Made by a program: the position numbers and the translations under genes. From contig OX638153.1 in the NCBI GenBank assembly GCA_951804945.1, positions 30,442,001 through 30,506,000 on the forward strand: a DNA stretch of 64,000 bases. Direction: 5' to 3'. Below the pieces are notes generated by a model, which saw only the letters and a program-made list of their open reading frames with translations, did not search any database and was not told the DNA's origin. The stretch comes from Podarcis cretensis (taxonomy: Eukaryota). This document shows positions 38,203 through 51,500 of the stretch, piece by piece. Each line of letters opens with the position of its first letter. Position 1 is the first letter of the stretch.

Positions 38203-40469
38203 TAAGCATTTTCTTTTCATTCAGAGACTGGCGATTAATCAGCTTCCTTTCTTCCTTAAAGAGGGTTTCATGAAAACTAGAAGAAGCAGGGATCTCTTTA
38301 GAGAGTCAGTTTTATCCACCATTTGACATGCCTGTACATCAGAAATGACCCCACAAGCTGGTTTTAGTTCACTTGTGTGCTTGCGCTCTCAGTTTAAGCA
38401 GCTAAGCATGAACAGAAATATTTTGGCTGCTTCTTCTGATGATCTGATTTCAGGGCCACACAAGATGCTGCAAGAAAGAGTGTTATTGAGGAAGAACAAG
38501 GTTTTCACAGGATATACTTGAAGAAAAGGATTGCTTCTTTTTCTTGGAGAGAGAGCAAATGACCCCCCTTGCAGTACTATAGAATATCTGAAGGAGAACT
38601 GAATCTAAGAGCCCTCCATGCATTATATTGAGGCTGTGTTTACCATGAGACTATGCACTGGTGTCATGCAGGTATCGCCTGCAGTAAACATGTAAACATG
38701 TATTTTAAGGCAAGTTTGCACAACCTGGGACCTATCAAGCAGAATGTAGTGTATGGTAACCCAGAGGCTCAGCAAACTGTCTAGACTTTAAAAACAAGGG
38801 GACTGTTAAGCACCTAGAACACCACAACACATTGTAGGGTGGCTGTTTTCAGCTTGCTAGATCAGACGTTCTCAAGGGCTGGCAAAGTGTGACAAACAGG
38901 CACCCATCTCTAAATACCTGAGGATTTGTGTCATGGACACCAGACTGGTCATGGCTCCTCTGGGAGTGTCTACACTTAATATGTTTACTGTGGAAAGTGT
39001 TGGTTTTGATAGGTCAGTGTAACTTTACTAAACACAGTTGCCACACAAAATAATATCCTGATTGCATCCACAGCAAACACCCTTTGACTTCCCAGACAGA
39101 CAGACTGTAGCACTAACAGTAAGGGAACCTCTGCTGACAATCTCTTCAACTCCTCTAGAGATAGCTATGTCACTTTGAATGAAGGCACTGGAATGAATTA
39201 GCTTGTATATCTATGGAGATTTGTACATGGGCATTTAGCAAGTACTGGCTCAGCTGCCTACAACATCCTTCAGAGGATACAGCCGCAGTGCCCTTGGCTT
39301 TGTTTGAGGACAGTATTATGTGTGTTTGTGTAGATAAGTGCAGATGGTTCATCTCAGCAAGAGTTCTCTATAGTGAGATGCCAACCCACACAAAGCCTCT
39401 TGTTACTGTGGCATTATGGTATGCTTATGAATACTTTTAGCCTGGAATGGCCCTCTAGGATTCAGCTGGAATGTAACTGGATGGAGGGAGTAAGTCAGAG
39501 ATCAAACGCCATACTTATCGGATGTCACATGCCTATTTTTAACCATTAATTGGAGCTATATAATTTTTTTAAAAGTTTTGCTAAGCACCAAGTGGTTTCA
39601 TTGTGTGTGGATTTAATGTTCTGTTAGAGCTCACTGCAGGCTATCTCACACAACCACTTTGGCTGGGTGTAAAAAAACAAAACAGGGAAGTCAACGAAAC
39701 AGACGGCTGGAATTCAGGACATAGTGAAGGTTGGGTAGAGAAAAAGCAGATGCAACCAGGGTTCTTACTTCATACATTCTATTTCGCATTCTGTTAGGAA
39801 GGAGCAATATTCAGTGGAGATAGTAATAATAATGCACCAAAATAGATTGTATTTTTTATTGTATTTATTTAAAGGATTTGTAGCGCACCCTTCATCGGTA
39901 CTGATACCAGGGTGAGGTACAATGTAAAATAAATGATAAACAACATCAGTAAAACAAGCAAACAAAATTCTTAAAGCCTGAGAGAAAACATAAGCTTTTA
40001 AGGAGTCTTTTGAATACAGGAAAAGAAGTAGCAGAAGCAAGAACAGAAATGAGACGGAGATGGAACAGAAGTAGTAGTTTTAGGGGGCTGTTGTCTTGTG
40101 TCACTCAGACATCCCTGAAACCCCCAGTCTGTAAATCTGTAAGGAAGGGCAGAAGAAGGAGAAGCCTTAAGAACAATGGCAAGGGCTCGTTTGATGGGCT
40201 TTAGTACTGATGCTCACTTTCCCAGTCTAAGATCTGATTGGGAGTTGTAGTCCTTCTGACGGGAGCTTTATAGTCATTCAGGAATCCATGCAGAAAGCCC
40301 ATCCACACGTTGCCCTTTGCCCAAGTTTTGGAAACCCCCTTCAGGTACTTACTAACAGCAACTTGCTTGGCTTGGCTCTTCTTCCTTTGCTCAGGCTCTG
40401 CTTGCTATAGATCACACTCCAGGGTCATTGTGCTGCACTGATGATAGCGTTGTTTTCAATACACCTCAG

Positions 40470-40568
40470 GGTGAACAGGGACAGGCAGGAATCCAAGGGC
40501 CTCCAGGGCCACCTGGGCCACCAGGCCTCCCAGGGACTCCAGGACAACCTGGACCAACTGGACCAGCT
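40470..40568 (+). CDS. COL13A1: COL13A1 exon, [33 protein letters not shown] (start of COL2)
   Basis: cctcag|GGT...GCT|gtaagt; 99 bp; 11 perfect triplets. Confidence 0.95.
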
Positions 40569-40942
40569 GTAAGTACCTCTTCAATTGCTTGTGTCTGTTT
40601 CCCATACTTCCCGAAGAACCAAAGATCTGGCTTTTACCTCCATGGTGTTTCTGCAATGGTGGTGCCCCAAAGCCTTTCTTCTCCCATGTTACATGAGGAC
40701 TCCATTTCCTCTACCCCAGCCTGTGCGAACTTCCAGGGTGAAGAAGTCACACTCTGGCTGCAATTATGTCACTCTCAGCAGGACGCCCAACTTTTAAAAG
40801 CCTCAAATTCTATTTGATGTTCTGGTAACAGCACCATTCCTGCAGGGACAGTAAGCATTTTCAAAAGGTCAAAATCACTCTTGTTGAAATAAGGGTTTAC
40901 CAAGCTGGCGTCTCTGAAAGACACATTTCTGTGTTGCCTTAG

Positions 40943-40984
40943 GGAAAAGCAGGAGAACCAGGGAAGCCTGGCAAGGATGGAAAG
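40943..40984 (+). CDS. COL13A1: COL13A1 exon, GKAGEPGKPGKDGK (no counterpart in recalled human protein)
   Basis: ccttag|GGA...AAG|gtatct; 42 bp; Gly at every third codon. Confidence 0.82.
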
Positions 40985-41970
40985 GTATCTGTTTCATCTT
41001 TTCCTTTTCTACGGTTGCTGCATTTGCTTGCATGAATGTGATTTATTTCTTGGTGCCTTCAAGGGACATAATGAATGCTGGCTCAACAGTGCCATACAAC
41101 TGCATGCATTAAGGGAAGGGTAGGCAAGCATTGAAGGGAGTTGGTCATTCAGTGACCATTCTCTTGCCAGCTTCATCTGAATGTAGTCTGCTAAAAGTCC
41201 AGTTACTCGGTTTTCGGATTTTAAAACCCCACTGAACTCTAGGATTTATTTTTTTTTAAAAAAAAAGCCCTATGAACTTCAGCCTAATGATTTGAGTGCA
41301 TGATGGAGGGTTAACTTGAAATAATTGGGAGTGAGGATTTTTCTCAACTCATCTTGCTTTAATCCTAGGATAAGCACTTATTAGCACAAAACAGGCTTAT
41401 TATCTGTGAAAAAGAGAGGGAGGGAAAGAGTCTTGAGCTGCAAACACACCATACATTTGAAGTACTTTTAAAGGATATCCTCCCTACCTTAAGAATCCTA
41501 GGAACTGTAGTTTGTTAAGGGTGTTGAGAATTGTAGCTCTATCAGGGGTGATTTACAGTGCTTTAATGGTGCGGCTTGTCTGCAGTCATGGGCCTGAAAT
41601 GCATTTTTTTTTTTTTTTTTTTTGCCATCCCAATAAATTCTGTCTCTTCAAATTTGGGACCATAGCCTAGTAGTTTGGGTGTATGGAAAGATGTTTGTGA
41701 AGTATCAGCTGACATTTATTAAAATGAATAGTTCAGGGTCTATAAAGGAGAAATAATGCAAGATGGTGCATGCTTGATATGGGGCTTAGAATTCATTTAC
41801 TTACTACAGAGGATAATTTCTGCATACATGATTTAAGTAATAAAAGATAAAATATATGGTGGTATGGTATAAGGAGAAGTAAATGTAGTACAGACCTTAA
41901 CATATTGCCCAGTGCTGTGGGGATTTTCAGGTTTTTACTGCTTCATGATGTCATATGCTTTTATCTGCAG

Positions 41971-41997
41971 GGCTTGCCAGGACCTCCTGGACCAAAG
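41971..41997 (+). CDS. COL13A1: COL13A1 exon, GLPGPPGPK
   Basis: ctgcag|GGC...AAG|gtgagt; 27 bp. Confidence 0.94.
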
Positions 41998-43503
41998 GTG
42001 AGTAAAGCAACTCAGAAGAAATACCAGATATAAAAACTGCCCTCTAAAATTTCAAATACTTTGTGAGCAAAATGTGAAATGCAGTGAAGTCCAGAATGTG
42101 GTTATAAACTGTGTTCTCGGGATGCTGCAAAATGGTTTAATTACAAGAGAGTTAGTCTATCATGCTTTGAGAATGAACAAGGGAAAACCCTACACACACA
42201 AAAGTATTAGGGATCTTCTAATTAATTTGTTTATTTAAGGATCCATGACCCTGACTTGTCATGTTTAATGCATTTTAGAAGCACAGGCTCAAATCTATAT
42301 ATAGCAAAGGAACAAGTTCTAAATAAACTTACTGTGTATGTGCCTTTGGAAGGTATAGGAAAATAAGGACAACCTGTTTGCGTTAATGTGTTTATTAGCA
42401 TGAAAATTAGTAATGCGTGAAGAGCTCATGTTCCTCCTACTCATATTCTTACCTCCACATAAAACCAGTTTTGAATCAGGCCCTACCTGATTTAGAACCA
42501 CAAACTAAGAGCCAGTTAGAAGAGGTTGGGAAGTATGCCAGGAACTAGCTAGGAAGTAAAATCATTCTTCCACACCTTTTGAACAGAGAGAAACTTAGCT
42601 TTATAAACCTGCATACCTGTAATGAGCTCCACAGCACAATTAAGATTGGGTTGGCAGGCTCTGGAGGAGGAAGCGGAGGAAGAAGAAGAAACCGAGGAAC
42701 AGGGATCTCCCCTTTCCACCCTGATTTCAGTTACTTTGGAAGAGAGAGCAGGGGTGCAGGTTCTCCCCTCTGACCTTTTTTAGGGAGGGCTTTGGTCAAC
42801 TGAGAGGGAAGCTGAACAGGGAGGCATCAGTGACTGAACAGGAGGGTGCAACCTTGTCATTTAGAACCAGGCAGGGAGCAGACCAGCTTGCACCGATGGA
42901 GTGTGTACTTGCAAAATTGTCATTCTCACAAGGTGAGAGAGTCTCGTGAGTGAGCATCCCAAGCCTTGCTTTACAAAGCTTGGCAAGAGGGGCAGGGAAA
43001 CTTGTTGGGACATATTCATCGCTTCTGTCCAATTCTGAACTTCTTGCCTGCACCTGAACTCCTTAATCCTGACTCCTGAGCACTGGGTCTGCTGCCAAAT
43101 CTGCACTGTTACTTGCCTGAATAAAGATCTCTTTCTTAACTTCAAGGAAGAGCTTCTGTCTGAATGTGTTGGGCGGGAGCCAGGACAATATTTTTGATAC
43201 TATAGAATTCTCCTTGCTACTGCATGCCACTGCTTTTTCTACTCCTCCAAAGAGGGGCAGGTAATACCCAACATTTGGTCACACAGAGATCCCTAAAGGC
43301 TAGAATGGTCCAATATTAGAGTTAAGTGAGCTGAAAAATTTGCAAGGGACATGAATACCCCACAGCTCTTCTTGGGGACTCCTGTATCTGTCTATGTCCC
43401 CCTCAGATTCTTACGTTCATGTTCATAAAGGGAAAGGGGTTTCAGTCTGAATGCAACCTAACTCAATCCTTGTTTGTGTTTTTATTTCAATTGGCATTTA
43501 CAG

Positions 43504-43539
43504 GGGGACCCTGGAATTCAGGGGTACCATGGAAGAAAG
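43504..43539 (+). CDS. COL13A1: COL13A1 exon, GDPGIQGYHGRK
   Basis: ttacag|GGG...AAG|gtatgg; 36 bp; same as recalled human peptide. Confidence 0.96.
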
Positions 43540-44751
43540 GTATGGTTGTTGTTTTTTAGAAGCATAAGACTAGAAAATGAAATAAGCACAGCAGAGTTTG
43601 AAATACATTAATGTAGATCTGAGCCATCTGGGAAAGTGCTGGCAAAGATACACCATCCTTGCCTTACTCATGCACACAGACACAAGCATATCCTGGTTAT
43701 CACACTTTGCTCATTTCCTACCTTGAGCAACTTCGGCTGGGAGTGATGGGGCTTGAAGTAAGTGTGACTTCTTCCCCTGCAGCCATCACAACCTCTGTCA
43801 TGCCCCATGGGTAGAATCTGTTAACAAGAGGGTGGGACTAGAGAAGTTTCCAATTTTTCAGGCTCTCTTGGTTGCTTATGACAGTTTCTGCCAGGAACAA
43901 CTGTAAGCCCCTGAAGATTTGACACCTATCTGGAATAAAAATGAGTTTGAATCCACATTCACATGCAAAATGTACAAACTCTGGGTATCCTTCAGTGGTT
44001 CCACCCTTGGCTGAATCTGATTAGACCCGATCCAAACTGTCAGAGGGGCACATGAAAACCTCCTTGCATGTAGAAAGCTAATGTCAGGAACATACATAGA
44101 GAGAGATTTTGATAATGTGAGCACTTTCGAAGAAGCAATTCCCCATGTATCTTCTGGGATGGTACAGTCCACTGAAACGTTTGGGTCAGCTCCTACCTAC
44201 TTGCCTTATATGGCTGGTCTTACTTACCACTTTGTTGAAGTTTGTGACGCTTCTGCTATTTTTACAATAGTCCTTTTATTATGATTTCCTTGATTTATCG
44301 TGCTGCGAGTTATATTGAATCTTATAAGTCTAGTAGGTTCATTTTGGTGCTAGGGTTGAGCCCCAGCCGTTTCCAAGAGATGGCTTCTAAATCTTGTGAC
44401 TTGGGTCATGGAACTCAGGTGTTAGGTGAAACATGAGGAAAGTGTTGACTTGGTTTGGTTGGCATCTGTCTCGGGAGACAATGGTGCAGTGTGCCTTTGG
44501 GGGTGAAATCAAACTATTGGAAGGTTATAGTGCCTGCTGTGGCTGTAGATACTGATACAGGAGAGGTATGTTTTGTTGTTGCTTTTTTGAATACCTTCTT
44601 GTATTAATCCAGGCAGGACAGCAAGGATGTCATCCTGAGATTACTGTTCACCACTTCTTTAATAATATTTCTTCTTAGCCAGAAAACTTGACTTTTTATG
44701 ACCCTTATCTGTTCCTATTCCTTCCTGTCTTTCCTTGTATCTTTTCCCCAG

Positions 44752-44823
44752 GGTGAGGTGGGTGAGGCTGGCTTACCTGGCTTACCTGGCACCCCTGGCC
44801 TTCCTGGTCCTTCTGGCCCAAAG
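44752..44823 (+). CDS. COL13A1: COL13A1 exon, [24 protein letters not shown] (no counterpart in recalled human protein)
   Basis: strong pyrimidine tract, ccccag|GGT...AAG|gtaact; 72 bp; 8 perfect triplets. Confidence 0.9.
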
Positions 44824-45538
44824 GTAACTTTTGCATTGCACCAGCAACTTCCCATTCAACCGATTGCTACTTCACTGTGTTACAACAATGATGTTCATAT
44901 GAACATCCCATACATTGACAAGAGGAGTGGTGTTGCACCCAGAGGACATTCTGCACACATGTATGGCTTAAGGCAAATATTTTTTCCCAGTCTTGACATG
45001 AAGATTTAGTGACCCATTGTGATGGGTAGTAGGTACACTCTCTCCCCCGCCCCCCGCCTCACTTTTGCTAGGGCAGGTGAAAACACCACTCTTTGCCCTG
45101 GAATTTCTAATTCCTGCTGCAGAGGCTTTCTCCCATTAATTAGTGGTGAGAGGAATGTATTTTGCAGTGCTTTCTCCTATTCTGATCTCATATGTTCTAG
45201 AATTGAATCCTGGTATTGAAAACAGATGCTATGGCTGGGTTCTAGCCCAAACGATGTTCTGTGCTCTTGTTTCTGGTCAAAGAAAGTTGCTTGGTTTTAT
45301 AGTGCTTGAAAAACCTGTGGAGCCAGAGACAATAGAAGAAGGAAAAAATGTATGTGTACACTGTGCGCTCTGTCATACCATCTTACATTTTTTTTTGTCT
45401 ATCTACAACCTACATGGTTTTCAAGTGTGCCACCCTTCATTTCTCATCCATTTCTCATCCCTAATTTCTTATTTCTGCCTGTCCTCCCCCCTCTTTTTCT
45501 ACCCCCCCATTTTCTTCTCTATGTTTTCCCTTGCACAG

Positions 45539-45565
45539 GGTGAAAAGGGGGAGCCTAGCATGAAG
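45539..45565 (+). CDS. COL13A1: COL13A1 exon, GEKGEPSMK (no counterpart in recalled human protein)
   Basis: about 110 nt of AG-free pyrimidine tract, gcacag|GGT...AAG|gtaggc; 27 bp; the third triplet starts with Ser. Confidence 0.78.
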
Positions 45566-46141
45566 GTAGGCATGGTGTCAATCTGGTATGGGAATTGTTA
45601 CTCAGAACAATGTATTGTTATAAAAATCTTGACCCAAGACAGACCTGTGGCCTATTTAATAGCATATCCATCTGTGTTGTGATTAACCACTAGCAGACTT
45701 CCATGTCCTGGCTCCACTAGGCACACACAGAGAGACACGGTGAAATCTATCTTTATGAGTTTGGTGGAATTTGACTCTTTGCAAAGGCATTTCTTTGACT
45801 ACTCAAACTGGCTGATGATTTCTTGCCCTTCTGTATCTTGTGAGACGGGTTGGGGTTTCTTCACAATGTCTGGTTAGCTGACACATCAAACCCACTCTAA
45901 AATCGGCAGATCCTGATGTTGAGGTTTGGCATGCTCCTTTCTTTTCTTCTGATGCTCGGCACCCTTTTAAGAGAGGCTAACATGATTTCATGCCCATATG
46001 TTATCTATTTGATTAAAATGTATATTGAGCCTATAAATTTTGAATATATCCCTGTGTTTTTTAAAAAAGGTATTACAACTTTGGCCAAGATCCACAAAAG
46101 ACAAGGCAAACTATAACAGGCTGTATGATTTAAATGTCTTC

Positions 46142-46284
46142 GGGCTGGTTCTAGCTCAGTTGGTTAGTGTGATGCTGATAACACCAAGGTTGCAGGTTCA
46201 ATCCCCGTATGGGAGAGCTGCATTTTCCTGCATTGCAGGGGGTTGGACTAGATGATCCTCAGGGTCCCTTCCAACTCTACAATT
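46142..46284 (+). mobile_element. tRNA-derived SINE with CR1-like 3' end (same family as 35580-35720)
   Basis: TAGCTCAGTTGGT A box, GGTTCAATCC B box, ggtcccttccaactctacaatt end. Confidence 0.82.
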
Positions 46285-46361
46285 AAACTCTACTTACAAT
46301 TTACACACTACTCTACAATTACACACTACTCTACAATTACACACTACAATTACACACTACT
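46285..46361. repeat. Tandem expansion of the SINE tail (about 18-bp CTCTACAATTACACACTA)
   Basis: direct reading. Confidence 0.85.
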
Positions 46362-47377
46362 AAAAATGTCTATTTGGATAGCTTGTCTTTTCAATGTACC
46401 CGCTACAACTTTCTGAGACAAATTTGATTTATTAATGTATTTATGTGCTGCCCCCTCACATACAATATCAAGACGGTGCAAAACAAGATATGCTAATACA
46501 ATTGGCTTCCCAGCACATGTATTGAGGTAATTTAATGGTCATATCCTCCCTATTCTTTTTTAAGTACAGATGCTCCATTCTTCCCTTATTCCTTACTATT
46601 CATGAGCAAAAGAAATACATGCACTAAGGTACTAATAGGAAAGAAAACTTGACATCCGTCACCTACTGTGCAGAAAGGCGGCCCCTTATAAACTGCTGCC
46701 CTAGGCTGCTACGTAGACTGACTTCATAGTAGGTTGCAATGAGTCTGCTTTCAGAGACACCACAGTTATTCACATGTTGTGTCTGTCATTACCCAACAGC
46801 AAGTTGCATATTAAGAGGAAGGTGGGTAATCATTAGCAACTAATATCAGTGCTAACTAGCATATCCCAGTGATGTTCTCCACACCTACCTAGAGGCTGCC
46901 TCCTGATTTTCCGGGCAGCTGAAAAAAACATACACATTCTCCAAGGTGAAAAGGATTATACATCAAGAGTTTCACAACCTGTCTGTGAGCACAGCCAGAT
47001 CATTAAACCCTGGAGATCTGGAGATCTTCTTAATCCAGGTTTTCCAATTGGATTGTGATGAGAAGGAAGCGTCAATTTCATGGTTAAGAAAAATCAAAGC
47101 TCCATGAAACTTGTAGTTTAAAGAGGAAACCAGCAGGAGACTGTCCTGGTGGGAAGAAATGAACAGCATTTTGTCTCTTCCTCCCCCCCCCCCCCCCCAA
47201 CAGCCCACCCTCAAGCTTTGAATTGAGATCCTGGGCTGCCCTCTGCTGGTTTGTTAGAAGCAGAAACAAATTACAGTACGTTGTTTCATGTTAGCTTTAG
47301 TGACAATCAAAACTGTTTTCCCATTTTTGGCACTTGTGAACACATACGTTTGGTTTATATACTGTTCAGATCCCTTT

Positions 47378-47386
47378 ATCTATCTA

Positions 47387-47417
<31 letters not shown>

Positions 47418-47440
47418 GTCTATCCATTTATTTATTTATT
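47378..47440. repeat. Compound (TCTA/TCTG/TTTA)n microsatellite
   Basis: direct reading. Confidence 0.9.
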
Positions 47441-48554
47441 TCCTGGTGTCGTGCGTATATGCGGTCGCATGTGAGTTGATCACACATAAGTAGGGTGTGT
47501 GTGCCTGTATATATTAGTGAAAATGACATTCAAATATGCATTCTGCATTTTTGAAATTGCTTACAAAAATGTGTATATTTGGAAAAATTGTAAACAGAAA
47601 TGTGTTTATTAAGAGAAATTAGCACGTAAATGTACCGGTACTCAGATTTTCATGAGAAGGTTTTTTTAAAAAATAGAATACTGATGTAGAAATGTGGTGA
47701 ATTGAAGTTAAGTTTGGGGAAATGAGGAACTGGGAGCAACTAAAATTGTCACAATCATCCATCCATAGTCCAGAGAAACACTCATGTCTATGTGTTACAC
47801 ACAACAAGGAAGTGTCATCCAAAACTCCAGCATCACTGAATTGTACTGCCTTTCTCCTCCCATAGTATTTAGGCTCACTTGCTCCATGTGGTCCATTGTA
47901 CATCATCCCATTTCTGCAGTCATTATGTGGTAGGAAAACACATGATATGATGATGCCAGGGTAAATGATCGCTTGCATTGCTGGGGAGAACTTGACACAC
48001 TACCCATACAGCAAAAGAGTTGATCTGTGTTTTGGTCGCCGTTCAGAGAAGTTGTTTTCAGATGTAATAAATTCAACACAGTGAATTTTCTGGGAAGGTA
48101 GTTAACATCAGCCAGTTGAAGTGACATTGAGAAGGTCATAAGTCAATCCCTACACCTATGGCATATTAGCATAATATCTCTGCAACACTACCTGACACCA
48201 CAAGCCATGAGCTGCACTGATTATTTATTTGCTGGCACAACCAGTCTCTAGTTTGATTCTGGCATTAAGTTTTGACATTTTCCCCATGCAAAAGATGGAG
48301 AAAACCATGTTCTCATCATGATAACTTTAACACTTCAAATGTTTAATAATAAATTCAGAATTTACTAATTCTATTGTAAGAAATTATCACAGCAATGGTT
48401 GACTTCTACTCTGAAGCGTCAGAGCTTCTTGAGATCTTATGGAATACAGTTTTCTCCAGTTTCAGTGGTTACCAACAAAGGTCATATGGGCACCTATGTT
48501 TTCCCCTCACTCTTCCACCTTCATTATCTTTATCTTGTTTTTTTCCTATTCCAG

Positions 48555-48599
48555 GGGGAGAGGGGCATGCCAGGGCTACCAGGAAAACAAGGAGTTCAG
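48555..48599 (+). CDS. COL13A1: COL13A1 exon, GERGMPGLPGKQGVQ
   Basis: ttccag|GGG...CAG|gtattc; 45 bp; recalled human GERGMPGMPGKHGAK. Confidence 0.94.
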
Positions 48600-51500
48600 G
48601 TATTCTGCAAGGAATGGAGTCTGACTTATCCAACCACCCTTACCCATACCTCTCAACTGACCCTGAGTCTCAGAGATTACACCAATTACCTTTAACATTT
48701 TCTACATGTATTCTGTACATGTATTTCCTACTCTTAAAATAAAAAAGCTCAAAGTCTGATTTAGCAAAAGGAAGAAGAACCAGGAAGAAATGTTTTGCTG
48801 AACAAATGGCATGCCTGTTCCTCAACAGTTTTCCCATTGTGGAAAGAAGTGAAGTGCCTTAAGATACCCACTGCAATGAGTGTGCAGTCCACTAAACCAA
48901 TCTGTGCTTCATTTGCGCCACGGAAACAGAGAGCATAAATTTGACTGATTTGCCATTGGATCAAGGTTCAAATGTTTATTACTTTCAGAGGAGTGGAAAA
49001 GAATTCCACTTGAGTATGTGCTTAGTTTTAAATTTATAGCTGCGATTCAGATTAAACTCCAGTGCACATATTTTAGGTCAGAATAACCCTTATTTAAAGG
49101 ATTCCGGAATTGCATTCATTTACATGTTAAAGGACTGACATGCCATCTCTTCAATCAAATCCACCCTCTCAATATATATTTATCCCCTTCATGTCTCTAG
49201 CCCATAGTTACTAAACATTACTCACACCTGATGCATTTCTGAATGTTTCTTTCACCTGTTATTACATAGAATCCCTGATTTCCATCTTCTGTCCTTGTGT
49301 TTTTTAGCTATGCCCCTGATTTCTGTTTCAGAAAGTTGAGAGGTATGATCCTTCTCCCTCTTCTTCCATCCCCATCTGCTTCACACCTTTCAATGTTTGA
49401 ACCTGTTTGCCCTTCTTGGTTGATGATTTAAATCTGCTTCTCCAAGCAAGTCTCTTTGTTGTTCATCTATTTCACTAAACTCTCCAAACCCCCATTATTC
49501 TATGTCTAACAATAAATATTTCCATCCGTTCCCACTTCTTTCCCTAGGACCACTTGCTCTTGTAATCAAATTCTCTCATTGAAGAGCCTAACAGATACTA
49601 ATATGTAAAATGTGCCCACCTCCTTTATTTAGCCAATAAGCACTCATCTCAAGGTTCCATGTGCACTGCAATTTTTGTCTAGGAAATTCTTACCACTTGA
49701 TATCCTTCCCAAAGGCTTCCAGTATCTTTCTTTCCCTGCCCAGGTGTTACATGTTACATATTGGCTGCTTTGATGAGCTTGCTCCCCATTAGCATCATTT
49801 CCAGTCATTAATAGGGAGCAGTGAAATACAGTGGCCATTATTTTTGCCATAAAAATGCTACTGAACGTGACCTCATCATGGTACTGGTCCTTCTTCCTGC
49901 TGAAACACTTGTAAGTGTATTTCAAATGGATCGAGCCATTACATTCTGCATATCCATGGCCATCTTGAGGCCGTTGGGAAGGATATGTGGAGACACAAGG
50001 TAACAGCCTTTATAGGTGTACTTCCCAACTTTGGCTGGGTTCACATGTAATGCTAAACCACAGTTTATGTTACCAACTGAGTTGCAGTGAGCATTTGGCT
50101 TGTTCCCTCCTTCTCTGGCAAAACCATGAAGAGGAGTTAATAATTTTTTGTTTCCTTACTTGACTAACTGCAGCTGGTTGTGATGTTCAAACCTGGGCAG
50201 ACTTCAGATACTCTTAAATATGGTTTGCTAAAACAAGTCAGCTTCAGACTGTGACTTATAAATCTGGCTTGTTTGAATAGATTGTAGCTATGATTAACCA
50301 CAGTTTAGGGTTGCACAGAATGAACAGCTGTGGTTAATGTAAAATGGAAGCAGAAGATTCTAGCCTTCCTGCATCTATGCCAAAAGAGGAGAGGAGAAGA
50401 GAAGTGAATGCAAGAGTCCTAGACTCATTGTGGCTTCTCCTCATAATGTTAAGACATAGTTTAGCATTACATGCTGATGGAGCCATTATGGACAGAGCTG
50501 TGGTCACTTATCATAGGGAGGCCATTTTCTGTAGTATCCCTTTCATCAGCCTCAATATGTGCTTCAGCCTTCACAAAGAATCTCCCAAGTTTGATTCAGA
50601 TGAACAGCCAAAATAGCTAAGTCATCACAGGACAATATTTTTTACGTGGACTGTTCTTTTAAATGCACTGACATAATGCAGATACTGCAGCTGACAATCT
50701 CCTGGATAATGTGTGAAGTCATGTGTAAAAATAACTAGTTGCTTTTTGTGTGGTGCCTTTACCACCTCAACTGTTTGCCTGAATCCAACTGCAAAGCAAA
50801 GGTTAAGTAATTGGTAGAGATATGAGGACAAAACCAAACACTCATTTGTCACATTTTATGCAAAAAATCCAGCGTATGTGAGGAATTATTTATTTTCCTG
50901 CCATCCAAAGTACAAAGATCTCCTGACAGATCCCATGGCTGTATAGCATTCTTGCTACATTTCACTTCATTCCCCCACCTTAATGTCCCATTACTAATAT
51001 TCACATTTTCCCTCAGTCATAAAATAACACTAGATATGCACAATTGCATACATGAGACCAGAAACTGTTCAGTAAAGTTGATGGTGAAAACCTTAAGATT
51101 ATGAAACAGCCAAGGTTTGGTTTCTGCTAAAAGCAATAGCACAGTTTCTCTTTCAAAACAATAGCAAGATTCATTGATAATGCTAGTGTAGAGGAACTGT
51201 GAAACACTCCTGTCCAGACCCAAGAGTCTTAAAACCTCCGCCCTCAGGAAATTATTTCCACATTGATTTGTCTGCGGAAGGACCCCATTGCATGTGTTGA
51301 GGAACCCTTTGTGGTACTGAACAATCTATAGTGATTTCTAGGGTGTCCTCTCAGCACACACAGTGCCTCAGCCAAGCACATGTGGACCAGTGATGTGCTC
51401 CACAATGTACCTAGCACTCCCTGCAACCAAACATTGCAGGAGATGGTAATGGAAGGCAAACTGTGCTTGAGAGAAGTTTGTCTGCCAATACTGAACTCCT

